Positions 1 to 11,154 of a stretch of 32,000 nt of DNA are shown in pieces. The DNA is taken from the NCBI RefSeq assembly GCF_000400465.1, contig NW_008806276.1, positions 510,001 through 542,000 of the forward strand, in the 5' to 3' direction. How positions within the stretch are numbered: position 1 is the first letter of the stretch; the number at the start of each line of letters is the position of its first letter. Origin of the DNA: Wallemia ichthyophaga EXF-994 (taxonomy: Eukaryota > Fungi > Basidiomycota). Position numbers and translations under genes: made by a program. The notes beneath the pieces were generated by a model. The model was not told the DNA's origin and searched no databases. It worked only from the letters and a program-made list of their open reading frames with translations.

Positions 1-396
1 TCTGCGAACGAGGAGGCGAGAGAATTGGCCAGCAGCTTGTATGCAGAGGAGAGAGGAGGCGCCTTCGAGGAGAGAGAAGGTGGGTGAGGAGGCGTGTAGA
101 ATCGATTCAAACGAGTCGGTGATGATGGAGAGTGCGGTGCACGGCGGGGACTGGAGGTGGAACGAGGTGAGGAGGAGCAAGGGGATTACGAGTGGCTGTA
201 TGGCGCTGATTAGGGCAGTGAGCACACCGATCCACCTGCTGTTAAACAGCCTGAGTGTGCACACCAGAGTGTAATAGCAAGTCAGAAATAGCGAGAGCGT
301 CAAGAAGGTCTGCTTGTTTGAAATATTCAAGGTCAGCGGTAGAAACAATAGAACCTCTATAAAAGAAAGGAAACGCTTGAAATTATTAAGTATCAT
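1..396 (-). CDS. ICE2: ICE2-family ER membrane protein, 5' part (runs off the window start)
   Basis: Manual minus-strand translation from the ATG at 396 is open to position 1: MILNNFKRFLSFIEVLLFLPLTLNISNKQTFLTLSLFLTCYYTLVCTLRL...SPTFSLLEGASSLLCIQAAGQFSR. This resembles the Ice2 LPLTL and SPxFxLxEGxxSLLxIQAxGQ signatures. It is absent from the ORF track because it has no stop in the window. Confidence 0.75.
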   Translation of the reverse strand, partial: MILNNFKRFLSFIEVLLFLPLTLNISNKQTFLTLSLFLTCYYTLVCTLRLFNSRWIGVLTALISAIQPLVIPLLLLTSFHLQSPPCTALSIITDSFESILHASSPTFSLLEGASSLLCIQAAGQFSRLLVRR

Positions 397-600
397 GGTG
401 GTTTGTAGGATAGCTGAGGTAGCTGTGCTACCTTCTCTACGGCCAACGTCGAATACTTCAAAATTAATAGGCTAAATTCATTATTCAATAAACTCAGCTC
501 AAAGGATTCTGGGGGGAGCAATACACCTGACAAGAGACCGCCTTCTCCACCGCCGCCGCCGTTGCATCACGTGGATGGACCGAGTACTTCGTTGCAGGAA

Positions 601-1668
601 ATGCAGCAGTCGCAGCAAATACAGCAGTCACAGCAGTCACAACAATCGCACAACTCCCACCAATCGCACCATCCTCCAGACGACCCCACCGCGGGATCCA
701 TCGACATCGACGACATGATCCAGAGACTTCTTAACATTGGCTACAGCGCAAAGTACTCCAAATCACTCCCCATAAAGCCTGAAGAGCTCACGCAGCTCCT
801 CCAACTCAGCCGAAACCTCCTCCTCAACCAGCCAACACTCATCGAACTAAACCCTCCCGTAAAAATCGTTGGCGACGTACACGGCCAGTACTCTGATCTC
901 ATTCGCCTATTCGATATGTCTGGTTTTCCCCCTCAATCCAATTACCTCTTCCTCGGCGACTACGTTGACAGAGGTAAGCAATCTCTCGAAACTATCCTCC
1001 TTCTTCTCTGCTACAAGCTAAAATACCCTGAAAACTTTTTCCTTCTCCGTGGTAACCATGAGTGCGCCAATGTTACTAGAGTCTATGGCTTTTACGATGA
1101 GTGCAAGAGACGCTCCAATGTTAAAATCTGGAAACAGTTTGTTGATGTCTTCAACAGCTTTCCAATAGCTGCAGTGGTAGCCTCCAAGATATTCTGCGTC
1201 CATGGTGGTTTATCGCCCAACCTCACAACCATGGATGACATTAGAAGGATACAGCGACCTTTAGATGTACCCGATTATGGTCTGCTTAATGATCTTCTCT
1301 GGTCTGATCCATCCGATACTGCTTTCGATTGGGAGGAGAATGAACGAGGTGTGAGCTACTGCTTTGGGAAGAGCGTCATCAATGATTTTCTAAGTCGATA
1401 CGAGTTTGATCTCATTTGCAGAGCTCACATGGTCGTTGAGGATGGTTATGAATTCTGGAATGACAGAACTCTCGTTACCATCTTCAGCGCACCAAACTAT
1501 TGCGGAGAGTTTGATAACTTTGGTGCTATCATGTCCGTCTCTCAGGATTTGCTCTGCGCATTCGAGCTGTTGAAACCACTAGACAGCCAAGCACTCAAGA
1601 AGGAGATGCACAAATCACGCAAAAGGAGAAACCAGCAACTGGCCCACACTAATGATTCCAATCAATGA
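601..1668 (+). CDS. PPZ1: PPZ-type (PP1-related) Ser/Thr protein phosphatase
   Basis: PPP motifs GDVHG, GDYVDRG, GNHE and SAPNY. PPZ-like segments [16 protein letters not shown] and [16 protein letters not shown]. First in-frame ATG is at 601; the ORF track starts at TTG 562. Confidence 0.85.
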   Translation: MQQSQQIQQSQQSQQSHNSHQSHHPPDDPTAGSIDIDDMIQRLLNIGYSAKYSKSLPIKPEELTQLLQLSRNLLLNQPTLIELNPPVKIVGDVHGQYSDLIRLFDMSGFPPQSNYLFLGDYVDRGKQSLETILLLLCYKLKYPENFFLLRGNHECANVTRVYGFYDECKRRSNVKIWKQFVDVFNSFPIAAVVASKIFCVHGGLSPNLTTMDDIRRIQRPLDVPDYGLLNDLLWSDPSDTAFDWEENERGVSYCFGKSVINDFLSRYEFDLICRAHMVVEDGYEFWNDRTLVTIFSAPNYCGEFDNFGAIMSVSQDLLCAFELLKPLDSQALKKEMHKSRKRRNQQLAHTNDSNQ

Positions 1669-1744
1669 GCTATATCAGAACATATTTTTAATCACCCTAT
1701 TTGTAAATTGATTTCCAAATTACATGAATCTATGTCAAATTACT

Positions 1745-2920
1745 TTACAGGTTGTCAGCGGGAGCCAAAAAACCAAATGGAGTGACTATTCTCTTGAGTG
1801 ACCAGAGTTGAGGAGGAACGACGTATCCCAGTGTACCACCGTGCAGCCAATGTCTCATCATGGGTATGCCAGTGAGGAGGAGAAAGGACCAAGCCCAGAG
1901 TGCACCGAGTGCGCCACCAACTCTACGTCCGCTGAGGTGTTGAATTGTGGTTTCCAATGCAACAGCCGCAGCTGAAGCCTGGAAGAAGGCGATGGAGGGG
2001 AGGGTTGCAGGGTGTATAGAGTGATTGAGTGCATTACGTATGCTCCACTCATGCATAAGTGCACTAACGAGAAACGCGCCTTGCACACCGAGTAGACGAG
2101 CCATGTCATCGCGTATACCCACCCACCTACACACCTTTACAACAGGGGTATATCCGCACAGTAGAAACTGTCGCTTGAAAAGTGAGTGCCATCTGTTTGA
2201 CCAGAAGTCGCGCACACTGTGCATCTTGAGCGGGTCATTCAGAAGCGGTGGCCAGCGGAGTGGGTCAAAATGGGAGTGTGTTATGCGGGAGTAGGTGTAC
2301 ACTAGTAGAGATACTAGGGAATAGCCAAGTGAGAGACCAGACCAGGCAGCTGCGCCAAGAAGGAGCGTCTGCGCTACGTCGCTGAGGAATATGCTCTGGG
2401 TAAAGAGAATGTCATTGTTGTCCATCGCATGTGCGAGCAGAGCGACGGAGAAAGTGGAAAGGAAGTGGTGTTTTACTATGTCAGTTAGGGTGTGCCTGAG
2501 GAAGTGTGCTTGAGAAATGCCTCGGATGTCTCGGATATCCCATGTGTATCCCCAAGCCCAGCCAACGCCGCGAAGATTAGTGAGGAGGTCAAAGAAAGCG
2601 GACCAGCCAAGGTCTGTAGAGGTGTCTAGCTTACTCTCCTCTGATCTCTGCCCGTGTGTGCCAATATAACGGATAGAATGACGGTGTGTAAAACCCAAAT
2701 CAACAGACTTTAAACATCCAACAAACAGAGTAACAGCCCAAACAAATCCAATTGGGCCAATGCCGTCAAAGTTACCGCGGTGGGTGTTGGATAGTGCTAA
2801 CCATATAGTGGGGAGGATGAGTAGCTTACGTACGAGCGAAATGAGCCTAGAATCACGAAAACAAATCAATCGCAGTTGAATTAAAATTGGAACTATAAAT
2901 TTAATATCTGGGATGGTCAT
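1745..2920 (-). CDS. MBOAT_2 / wax-synthase (TRI7-like) membrane O-acyltransferase
   Basis: WPPLLNDPLKMHSVRDFWSNRWHSLFKR motif, conserved His in SALMHEW, multiple hydrophobic segments. Start is either 2920 (MTIPDIK) or 2983. Confidence 0.75.
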   Translation of the reverse strand: MTIPDIKFIVPILIQLRLICFRDSRLISLVRKLLILPTIWLALSNTHRGNFDGIGPIGFVWAVTLFVGCLKSVDLGFTHRHSIRYIGTHGQRSEESKLDTSTDLGWSAFFDLLTNLRGVGWAWGYTWDIRDIRGISQAHFLRHTLTDIVKHHFLSTFSVALLAHAMDNNDILFTQSIFLSDVAQTLLLGAAAWSGLSLGYSLVSLLVYTYSRITHSHFDPLRWPPLLNDPLKMHSVRDFWSNRWHSLFKRQFLLCGYTPVVKVCRWVGIRDDMARLLGVQGAFLVSALMHEWSIRNALNHSIHPATLPSIAFFQASAAAVALETTIQHLSGRRVGGALGALWAWSFLLLTGIPMMRHWLHGGTLGYVVPPQLWSLKRIVTPFGFLAPADNL

Positions 2921-2943
2921 GAGTGTTATAGATATCAACCACC

Positions 2944-3729
2944 ATGTGCAATTGCAATCACTTGTCTTCGATTGTGGCCCCATCAGCGTTGGCTGTGAGT
3001 TGTTCTAGTCTATCTACTCGTATTCCCCGCCTAAACTTGTCTGTCTAGTCAGATTTCAGTCAATTAGCCAGCGAATGTCAGCGTGTACTCGATGACGGCG
3101 CTGATTGGCTGCATATGGATGTAATGGATGGCCATTTCGTGCCTAATATTACAATGGGTGGGTTATCCTCGTTAAAGCCGTCAAATTCTTCTAATGACGT
3201 CACAGGTCCACCGATCCTGGCTTCAGTTAAGAAGGCACTCCCACATATTAAAATGGATTGCCATATGATGGTAGCTAATCCAATCCAGTGGGTCGAGCCT
3301 GTAGCTCAAGCTGGTGGTTATCAATACACGTTCCACTACGAGGCTACTGATGACCACATGGGCGTTGTGCGTGAAATTAAAAAGCACGGAATGCGCGCTG
3401 CTATAGCCCTCAACCCATCTACTCCAGCCAACTCCCTCTCAGATGATCTCATCAAACAACTCGATATGGTTCTTGTTATGACCGTGTGGCCAGGAAAAGG
3501 CGGTCAGAAGTTCATGCAGGATCAAATGCCAAAGCTAAACGAGTTGCGTCATAAGTATACTCACCTCGATTTACAAGTCGATGGCGGCGTTGGTCCCGCT
3601 ACTATCGATGAGTGCACTAGAAATGGAGCTAATGTCGCTGTGGCGGGTACTGCTGTCTTTGGTGCTCAGAATGTGAAACAGGCTATTGATGCTATTAGAA
3701 TGAGTATCAATGCTCAGATAAATAAATAA
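2944..3729 (+). CDS. RPE1: Ribulose-phosphate 3-epimerase, 3 exons (2944-2994, 3049-3157, 3206-3729)
   Basis: Spliced product reads [48 protein letters not shown]...VLVMTVWPGKGGQKF...QVDGG...VAGTAVF. Introns GTGAGT..CTAG (54 nt) and GTGGGT..ACAG (48 nt). Confidence 0.95.
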
Positions 3730-3789
3730 TGCATTTCTTCTTTTATGCTTGTGTGGCTGTCATGGTATCTTTTTGTGTGCTTGTGTATC

Positions 3790-6010
3790 CTAATATCTGC
3801 GTCTATTTGTCGACCTATCTTCCTCCTCAGAAGATACATCGTAAAACTACGACACGCAAGTTAGAAAATAAAAAGTCAACACCAACTGCACTCACCTCCT
3901 GCGTACGTCTTCTGCGCTGGGGGACGTGCGAGGTAGATTGACCCGTGGCCGTGGAGTTGCTCGTGCCTCTGCTCAACACCTCAGCACGTGCCGAGGATTT
4001 TTTAGATCTCGATGGCTGCGTCAGCTGTACTGAATCATCACTTGAATGAAAGAGAGCTTCATCATGTTCATCGTGTTCATCCTCTTCTTCCACTTCCTCG
4101 CCGCGTTTCTTCCTCATGTGCGTGTCTTTACTTGTAACATTGCTTCTGCCTCTGCCTCTACCAGTGCTAGTGGCAGTGCTTTTCCCTCTTGCTGCTCCCC
4201 TACTCCTCCCTCTGCCTCTGCCTCTTGTTGGCGCAGGCGCAGGCGCGACGTCTACCTCGCTATCCCCGCCATCCTCATGCATGCTATCAGCCGTTGCATG
4301 CGTTAAGCCCCTTTCACCCGCCTCATCCGTCTCATCACGCGTATGTGCTCCTCTATACTTATCTCTCGTATACGCCTTTGCCTTCTCGATATCATCGTCA
4401 TCTTCCACATCAGCGATGGACTGTCTGCTCAAGAACTCGACAGCATGTTCGACCATCCTCTCCACGCTATCAGCAATAGCGTGGTTATCGCCCTTCTCCA
4501 CAAACGCCTCGACAGATCTCTGCAGACCGTCCTCATGGAGCAGCTGGAGGTGCTGGGCTGCAAGGAAGGAGTTGACGAGTGACTCTACACGCAGTTTAAG
4601 TTTGCCGGAGCGTGAGCCGTCGTCTTCATCATCTTCATTCTCATTTTCACCTCCATGTACATCCAGATCCAGTTGGCCTGGCTCATCGGCTACCACTGCC
4701 GCCTTGCGCTGCTGTCTCTTGCGTGTAAAATGCACAATGTCCTTCGGATTAGCTACGCGTTCACCGAACTCCATACCCAGGCGCTGCGGATTCCCTATTT
4801 CGAAACCCGTGTAGTCTACGCGCAAGCGAATGAGGGGGAGTGGAAGGGAGTCTCTGTCAAGGTTATGCAGCGATATGGACATTTTCTCCGCATGTTCCTC
4901 ATAAGCGCGTTCAATCAACTCGGTTATAGTGTGACGTAGATACTTGTTCACCTCCAACTTCCCCGCCAGCTGCACACCACGCTCTTCTTGCACCTCGCGC
5001 AAACAAACATCTTGCATCACGAACGGTCGCACGGTTTTAAGAGGCAGCGGAGTGAGGTTGTATTCTTTGCCGTGTATTTCGAGCAGACCAACGTGCTTAG
5101 GTACAGCTTCACCTTCACTCAAACTCGTCGCGACAGATGAACCAGGTTGGGTTATGCGGTAGGGTTTCTCGGAGACTGTTTCAGGCACTATCCGACAGTC
5201 ATGCTCGTGTCCCCATACTACCAAACTGATCGAGTCATCGAAGAGATGCTCGGGTACTGCTTGCATCGCTCCCCTGTTGATGCGGTTTTGGTGTATGAGA
5301 AGTATGTTGAAGTAGTCGTCCGCATCTTCCAGTGGCGCGTACATGTTCACCCTGCCATTCTTGAGCTCCTGATTGAATCGCTGGTCGCGGATGTTGCCGA
5401 TGCCGAAAAGGGCCGTCTTGGTCGTGCCTTTTTGGAGGAGGATAGGTTTTACGTTGATGGCTCGCTCATCATCTAAGCCATCGTCAGGAGCTTCGTCTGT
5501 GGCTGGAACATCGACTTTGCCAAAGTAGTTGACTAAACCAGCAGTGCTGAGGTGGTCAACAGCACTCAAGCTGGGAGCACCACTGGGCCAGTTAGGGACA
5601 GTCTGCGGGTCGTCGTGGTTGCCGTGGATGAGAAAGAAGGGGAGACCAACGTTCAAGTTTGAGTCTTCGTAGTTGATGGATGGGTACGTGATGTCAGGTC
5701 GGCGCTGGTCGTATGGATCGCTGAGGAGCTGAATGGACACAGGGCGATCGTTGAGGCAGTATTCCCTCAGCAGGGACATTACAGATATCACAGACTGAGT
5801 CGATGGCTTATGCTCGTGGAATAGATCTCCAGCGCAGAGGATAAAGTCTACGTCATTCTGAACACTAAGATCGAGTATTTCTCTGAGCGTGTTGATCGAA
5901 TCAGCGCCTCTAACGGGATCACGCTCGTGTACGCCGATGTGGAGATCGGTGCATAATAAAATTTTGAAGGTATCTTGGGTGTTTGGCGGGTGTTGATCAT
6001 GGTGGTCCAT
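3790..6010 (-). CDS. MRE11: Mre11 double-strand break repair nuclease; 3' intron 3847-3895
   Basis: Phosphoesterase motifs TDLHIG, AGDLFHE, HGNHDD, HQN and WGHEH. RGRGR GAR region in the C-terminus. A GTGAGT..GTAG intron gives the last exon FYDVSSEEEDRSTNRRRY*. Confidence 0.95.
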
Positions 6011-6023
6011 AACTAAGAGGAGA

Positions 6024-6365
6024 ATGTCCAAGCTGCTCTACCTGGCCAATCAATGGCCATTTGCAAAGCTCAGGCCAAAGCTCCAATTCAAGAATTTAAT
6101 CGAGAATATCCACGATAAGCGGGGAAGACACGCTCAACTAGCTGGGAGAAGTGTTGTGGCGTTGGAGGCGTTGGTGAGAGATGAGCATATGAAATCTGTA
6201 AGTATTTTACATTTTAATTCCCATCTCTAATTTCCCCTCCAGTTCCCGCTCTCAGATAGGATAACAAAGCCCGCATCTTCACCGGCACACTATTCGAAGG
6301 TTTTAGACGCCGTCGACGGCAAACCAATACACAAATCTATTCTCCAAAGATTTCTACGCTTGTAG
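6024..6365 (+). CDS. CBP6: Cbp6/UQCC2-like cytochrome b (complex III) assembly factor, 98 aa, 2 exons (6024-6197, 6243-6365)
   Basis: A 45-nt GTAAGT..CTAAT..CCAG intron joins the exons to MSKLLYLANQWPFAKLRPKLQFKNLI...ALEALVRDEHMKSFPLSDRITKPASSPAHYSKVL...*. This resembles the Cbp6 WP..xLRP..QF and FPL...IxKPASxPxYY patterns (recalled family pattern, not searched). Confidence 0.75.
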
Positions 6366-6405
6366 CTCCAATTTTCATTGAAATATCCCTTCATCTCGAA
6401 CCACC

Positions 6406-8651
6406 ATGTCTGGCTTTGATAAAGGTGCCATCTACTCCACCGCTGTTCTCCCCGGAGATCAGAACGCGTCTGAAAAGGCACCCAGCCATCTCGAGAAGGA
6501 GTTTACCGCGTTTATCAACAACTTCCGCATCGGCGATAGCTTCATCTACAGGGATCATCTCAGGTCCACGCTTCTAGCCAAGCAGTATTCCCTTGAAATT
6601 AGTATAAACCACCTCCTTCTTTACAACGAAGACCTCGGCTATCTCCTCTCCCAAAAACCCAGCGAATTGCTCCCGATTCTCGAATCTGCAACGACGCGTA
6701 TTGCTAGTGGTTTGGTCGATCCACTCAGCGCACACACCTCTACCCTACCCACAATCCAAATCTCTCTCAAATCTCAGTCCAATTTGGTCCACTTCCGCCA
6801 ACTCAACGCCGACACGGTCGCAAAACTTGTCCGCATACCCGGCATCGTCATATCTGCATCCACACTCTCCAGCAGGGCTATATCGCTTCATATCATGTGT
6901 CGTAGTTGCAGGAGCACCAAGAACCTCGACGTCAGCGGCGGTTGGGGTGCTATCAACCTCCCTCGCCAATGCGACAGTGAGTCTCCACCAGGCCAGCCCA
7001 AGGAATGTCCCATGGATCCCTACACCATCATCCATGACAAGTGTCGTTATATCGACCAGCAGACTGTCAAATTACAGGAAAGCCCCGATATGGTCCCTGT
7101 CGGTGAACTCCCCCGCCACCTTCTCCTCAATCTCGACCGCTATCTCACCGCTAAGGTCATCCCAGGCTCTAAAATAATCGCCACCGGCATCTACTCCACC
7201 TTCCAAGCAAGTAAGATGAAAGGGCAGGCACCTGCACTGCGTCAGCCCTACATCCGCGTCGTGGGGCTGGAGATAGACGATGCGCACGCCACGACAGCGT
7301 CAGGTGGACGCGGCAAGGCGTTCGCACCTGAGGAAGAGGAGGAATTTGCCGCTCTCTCTCACTTCCCCAATCTGTACGAGCGTTTCGCCGCGTCGATAGC
7401 CCCGTCAATCTACGGCAATCTCGACATAAAAAAAGCTATCGCCGCACTACTCTTCGGTGGCAGCAAAAAGATACTGCCCGACGGGATGCGGTTGAGGGGC
7501 GACATCAATGTGCTTCTCCTGGGTGATCCAGGAACGGCCAAATCGCAGCTACTCAAATTCGTCGAGAAGGTGTCACCCATCGCCGTATACACCTCCGGCA
7601 AGGGTTCTTCGGCAGCAGGTTTAACTGCTTCAGTGCAGCGCGACTCAGTCTCTCGCGACTTCTACCTCGAGGGCGGCGCTATGGTGCTAGCTGATGGTGG
7701 AGTAGTGTGTATTGATGAATTCGACAAGATGCGTGATGAGGACAGAGTGGCGATCCACGAAGCTATGGAGCAGCAGACTATCTCTATCGCTAAGGCGGGT
7801 ATTACGACCATTCTTAACTCGCGCACAAGCGTACTCGCGGCAGCGAACCCCATCTTCGGCCGCTACGACGATATGAAGTCGCCTGGAGAGGTGAGTTGAT
7901 AGCTGAGCTAGTTAGCTGCGAAACAGCCCTTCTAACACACCCCATCCCCCAGAATATAGACTTCCAGACTACCATCCTCTCCCGCTTTGACATGATCTTT
8001 ATAGTTAAGGACGAACACGACGAGGGGCGCGACCGGACAATAGCAAAGCACGTGATGAATCTGCATGCTGGCCGTCAGAATGAGGGGGAGGGTAGTACAG
8101 GCGGGGAGATCGACCTCGACAAGATGAAACGCTATGTTATGTTCTGCAAGCAACGCTGTGCACCTCGGCTATCTAACGAGGCGAGCGAGAAGCTGTCGTC
8201 CCATTTCGTCGCATTGCGCAAGGAGGTCCAGCAGGTAGAGAGGGATAATGACGAGAGGTCGAGTATCCCCATCACCGTGCGGCAGCTCGAAGCAATCATA
8301 CGCATCAGTGAATCGCTCGCTAAAATGCGCCTTAGTGTGCAAGTGCACGAACATGACGTTGAGGAGGCTATACGTCTCTTCAAGTTCTCCACTATGGATG
8401 CTGTCTCGGCGGGCAATGTCGAGGGTATGACTAGAGGTGAGCTTATGGATGAAGTGCACAAAATTGAGAAGGAGGTACGCAGACGTCTGCCCATTGGATG
8501 GTCTACCAGTTATAGCACTCTCGTTAGAGAGTTCTGCAGTCAGCAGGGATTCTCTCAGCATGCACTCGAACGGACACTCTTCATCCTCGACAAAAAGGAA
8601 GTCGTCCGCTTTGCTTCCCAGAAAAGAGTTGTTATACGTACAGGTGTCTAA
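6406..8651 (+). CDS. MCM5: DNA replication licensing factor MCM5; intron 7891-7952
   Basis: MSGFD N-terminus, CxxC zinc finger, Walker [28 protein letters not shown] Arg finger and ITVRQLEA. Splicing gives [18 protein letters not shown]. Confidence 0.97.
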
Positions 8652-8704
8652 TATAGTATGTAGAATGAAAAAGTGTATATTGTAATATATAAGTTAATGT
8701 TATC

Positions 8705-9673
8705 TCACTTGCTCTTGGAAGCACCACCACCCGTTTTCTTCTTGTTGCTAATCTTGCCTTCGAACCCAGCTCTCTTAGCACCGCCTTTCTTGTCACCAGA
8801 CTTGCCCCCTTTACCAGACTTGCCAGCAGATTTGCGATTTGCGATGTTATCAGACCTCTTCTTGTGCGCGGTAGCCATACTCTTCTCGAGATTCTTCTTG
8901 CGGTCGTTCCAATTAGTAGCTGACTTAGCTTTCTGCTTAGTGTTTCTCTTGATTTGTTTCTTCAGCTTTGCCTCGTCGTCGTTAAGTTTAACTCCTTGGG
9001 CTTTCGCCGAGGCTGATTTCCAAAGCGAGTCATCCTCTTTGGCTGCTTTAGTATCAGCGTCAAGCTCCGTGTTCTTCTGCTTGGCCGCCTCGAGTTTCTG
9101 CAATGCCTGCTTGGGGTTTGACGGCTGCTTAGGCTGTTTAGGAGACTTGTTGATATTCTGCAAAGAGGAGAATTGCAACGAGGATGAGCTCTTGTCGTCT
9201 TCTTCATCGCCCTTTTGCGGCTGTTGCGTTTGCTGCGCCTGCTTCAACTGTTTCACATCAGACTTCTTCTCCTTCTTGTCCTTTTTCAAGTTGCGCTGTC
9301 TCCTGTTTTCAAGCAACGACTCCTTGGAGGAGAGCGAGTGGTCGACATTCCTTTTATGCTCGAATTGAGTGAGTTTGTTGGTGAGTTTCGATTTGAGCTG
9401 GGAGTGAGTGGATTGTGATGGCAGTGGGAGTGGGAGTGGTGACTGGGTCGTGGAATCAGTAGCCAGGTCTTGCAAGCTGGCACTGTCATCGATATCCTGT
9501 GCTCTGGGTGCAGCCTCTTCCACCCTAGCCAACTTGGCCTGTAGCTTGTTCTTGTTGGAGGATTGCTTGAAATACTTCTTATTCACAGTAGCAGCTTCCT
9601 GACTAAAGTAGAACTGCGTTGGAATTAAATTAAGCAGAAATTCAAATTTATCGTTCAATTTGGCAGCGTCCAT
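8705..9673 (-). CDS. RRP14: SURF6/Rrp14 nucleolar ribosome biogenesis protein
   Basis: N-terminal FEFLLNLIPTQFYF; Lys-rich SURF6 domain DDEAKLKKQIKR..KxKSATNWNDR..KKRSDNI..KRAGFEG. Confidence 0.85.
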   Translation of the reverse strand: MDAAKLNDKFEFLLNLIPTQFYFSQEAATVNKKYFKQSSNKNKLQAKLARVEEAAPRAQDIDDSASLQDLATDSTTQSPLPLPLPSQSTHSQLKSKLTNKLTQFEHKRNVDHSLSSKESLLENRRQRNLKKDKKEKKSDVKQLKQAQQTQQPQKGDEEDDKSSSSLQFSSLQNINKSPKQPKQPSNPKQALQKLEAAKQKNTELDADTKAAKEDDSLWKSASAKAQGVKLNDDEAKLKKQIKRNTKQKAKSATNWNDRKKNLEKSMATAHKKRSDNIANRKSAGKSGKGGKSGDKKGGAKRAGFEGKISNKKKTGGGASKSK

Positions 9674-9694
9674 CGATGTTCCTATTCAATCACA

Positions 9695-11014
9695 ATGAAT
9701 GCTTCAAATTGGATAGACGAGTACTTGAAAAATCAAGGAGCTTATAAAATTAAATTCATACTTGAAATTACTAGCCCTTTCTTCAAAAATGTATTAGAGT
9801 GGCTGATAGATAACCCAATCAATCCACCACACGATGCCCAGGTTATTGGACTATATAATACGCATTATGCACAGAACACCAAACAGTCAGAACACACTCA
9901 ACACCAGCAAACACACCTCAACGACCAGCTCCACTCAACCCAATTCCAACTGAAATCCTATCTCAACAACAACCTCAAAGAGAGCATTAGGGTTAGTGGG
10001 ATGTTCCTTTGAGCGTAATTTATATCTGACGCGTCGCAGATGTCTTACTATTCCTTGGCTGATATTTACTACTCACTGAATAACCCCGAACACAGTTTGA
10101 ACTGTTACTTACAGTCTCGAGACCACATCAGCTCTTCTCCTCAGCTGATTGAGACGCACAACCATATAATTAATATGGCTATTGAGCTGCGCAATTACTC
10201 GCTTATCAAGAACTCAGTCATCAAGATCAACTCTATTGCCTTGAACAATGTCGATGTTAGTCACGACGCGTTACTCATCTCAACCGCGATAGCTGATCTT
10301 GGGCAATCAAACTACGCGGCAGTTGTCGAGTCACTCACTAAGCTCTCTCCAATTTCCACTCACCCACTCGTTACTCCCTCAGACATATCGATATACCTCA
10401 CACTGTGTGCACTCACGACGCAATCAAGACACGACATAAAATCTGCTATTCTAAACAACGAAGCTTTGAGGAGTAAGTTTGAATATGCACCTCATACCAA
10501 GTTACTCCTCGAGCAATACGTGTCGTCAAACTACAAGCAACTCTTCGTCACTCTGGAAGAAAACAAGTGGTGGTACCTCCTCGACCCGCACTTACACCAT
10601 CAGTACACCGCCATGGTGGAGGTTATATACCGACGCTGCATAGTGCAGTTTTTCCACTCATACAACTCCATCACGCTCGATAGTTTGGTGGAGGCGTTTG
10701 GCGATGAGCAGATATTCACTCATACACTCAGTCTTATCAAGTCAGCCCATCTCAACTTGCGCTATGACGCCGTTGGTAGGGTCTTCCACAGACCGCAGCT
10801 GGATAAGCGTCATAGTCTCATCGATAGGGCTGTCACGTTGAGTGAACTCAACTATAAATCCACTGCTCAGTTACTCCTTCGTATCAAACTGTCTGATGCT
10901 AATTTGGTCCTGGGCGAACGCCCTGCTGGCTCACATAAAGTTAACTTGCAACGCCGCAATTCAGATGAACTCGATGACGTTGATCGTACGGAGATGGACG
11001 TTGAGACTAAGTAG
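9695..11014 (+). CDS. CSN1: COP9 signalosome subunit 1 (RPN7/PCI domain); intron 9992-10039
   Basis: Spliced LKSYLNNNLKESIR-MSYYSLADIY...SLNCYLQSRD matches the CSN1 KESIR...L..Y.RARDY pattern. Also DISIYLTLCAL and LLDPHL, with a C-terminal PCI winged helix. Confidence 0.8.
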
Positions 11015-11154
11015 GTACGTGGATGCGTCTTTTATCGCCACGTTGCATCCCCCATGTATTTCATACCAACTTGCATCATGAACCAATGAAATGTATAAAT
11101 AAATATCTACTCATACGCACAATCGCACGCATAATCATACTCATAATCCCATTC

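Noticed and set aside
4116-4814. 232-aa + strand ORF (and nested ORFs) antisense to MRE11
   Set aside because: Shadow ORF of a low-complexity acidic/RG-rich coding region; no independent signal.
6309-6320. 12-bp perfect palindrome GCCGTCGACGGC upstream of MCM5
   Set aside because: Lies in CBP6 codons (A-V-D-G); a single occurrence is plausible by chance in a 32-kb window.
8673-9368. 231-aa + strand ORF antisense to RRP14
   Set aside because: Leu/Phe/Ser-rich mirror of Lys-rich codons; a typical antisense artefact.
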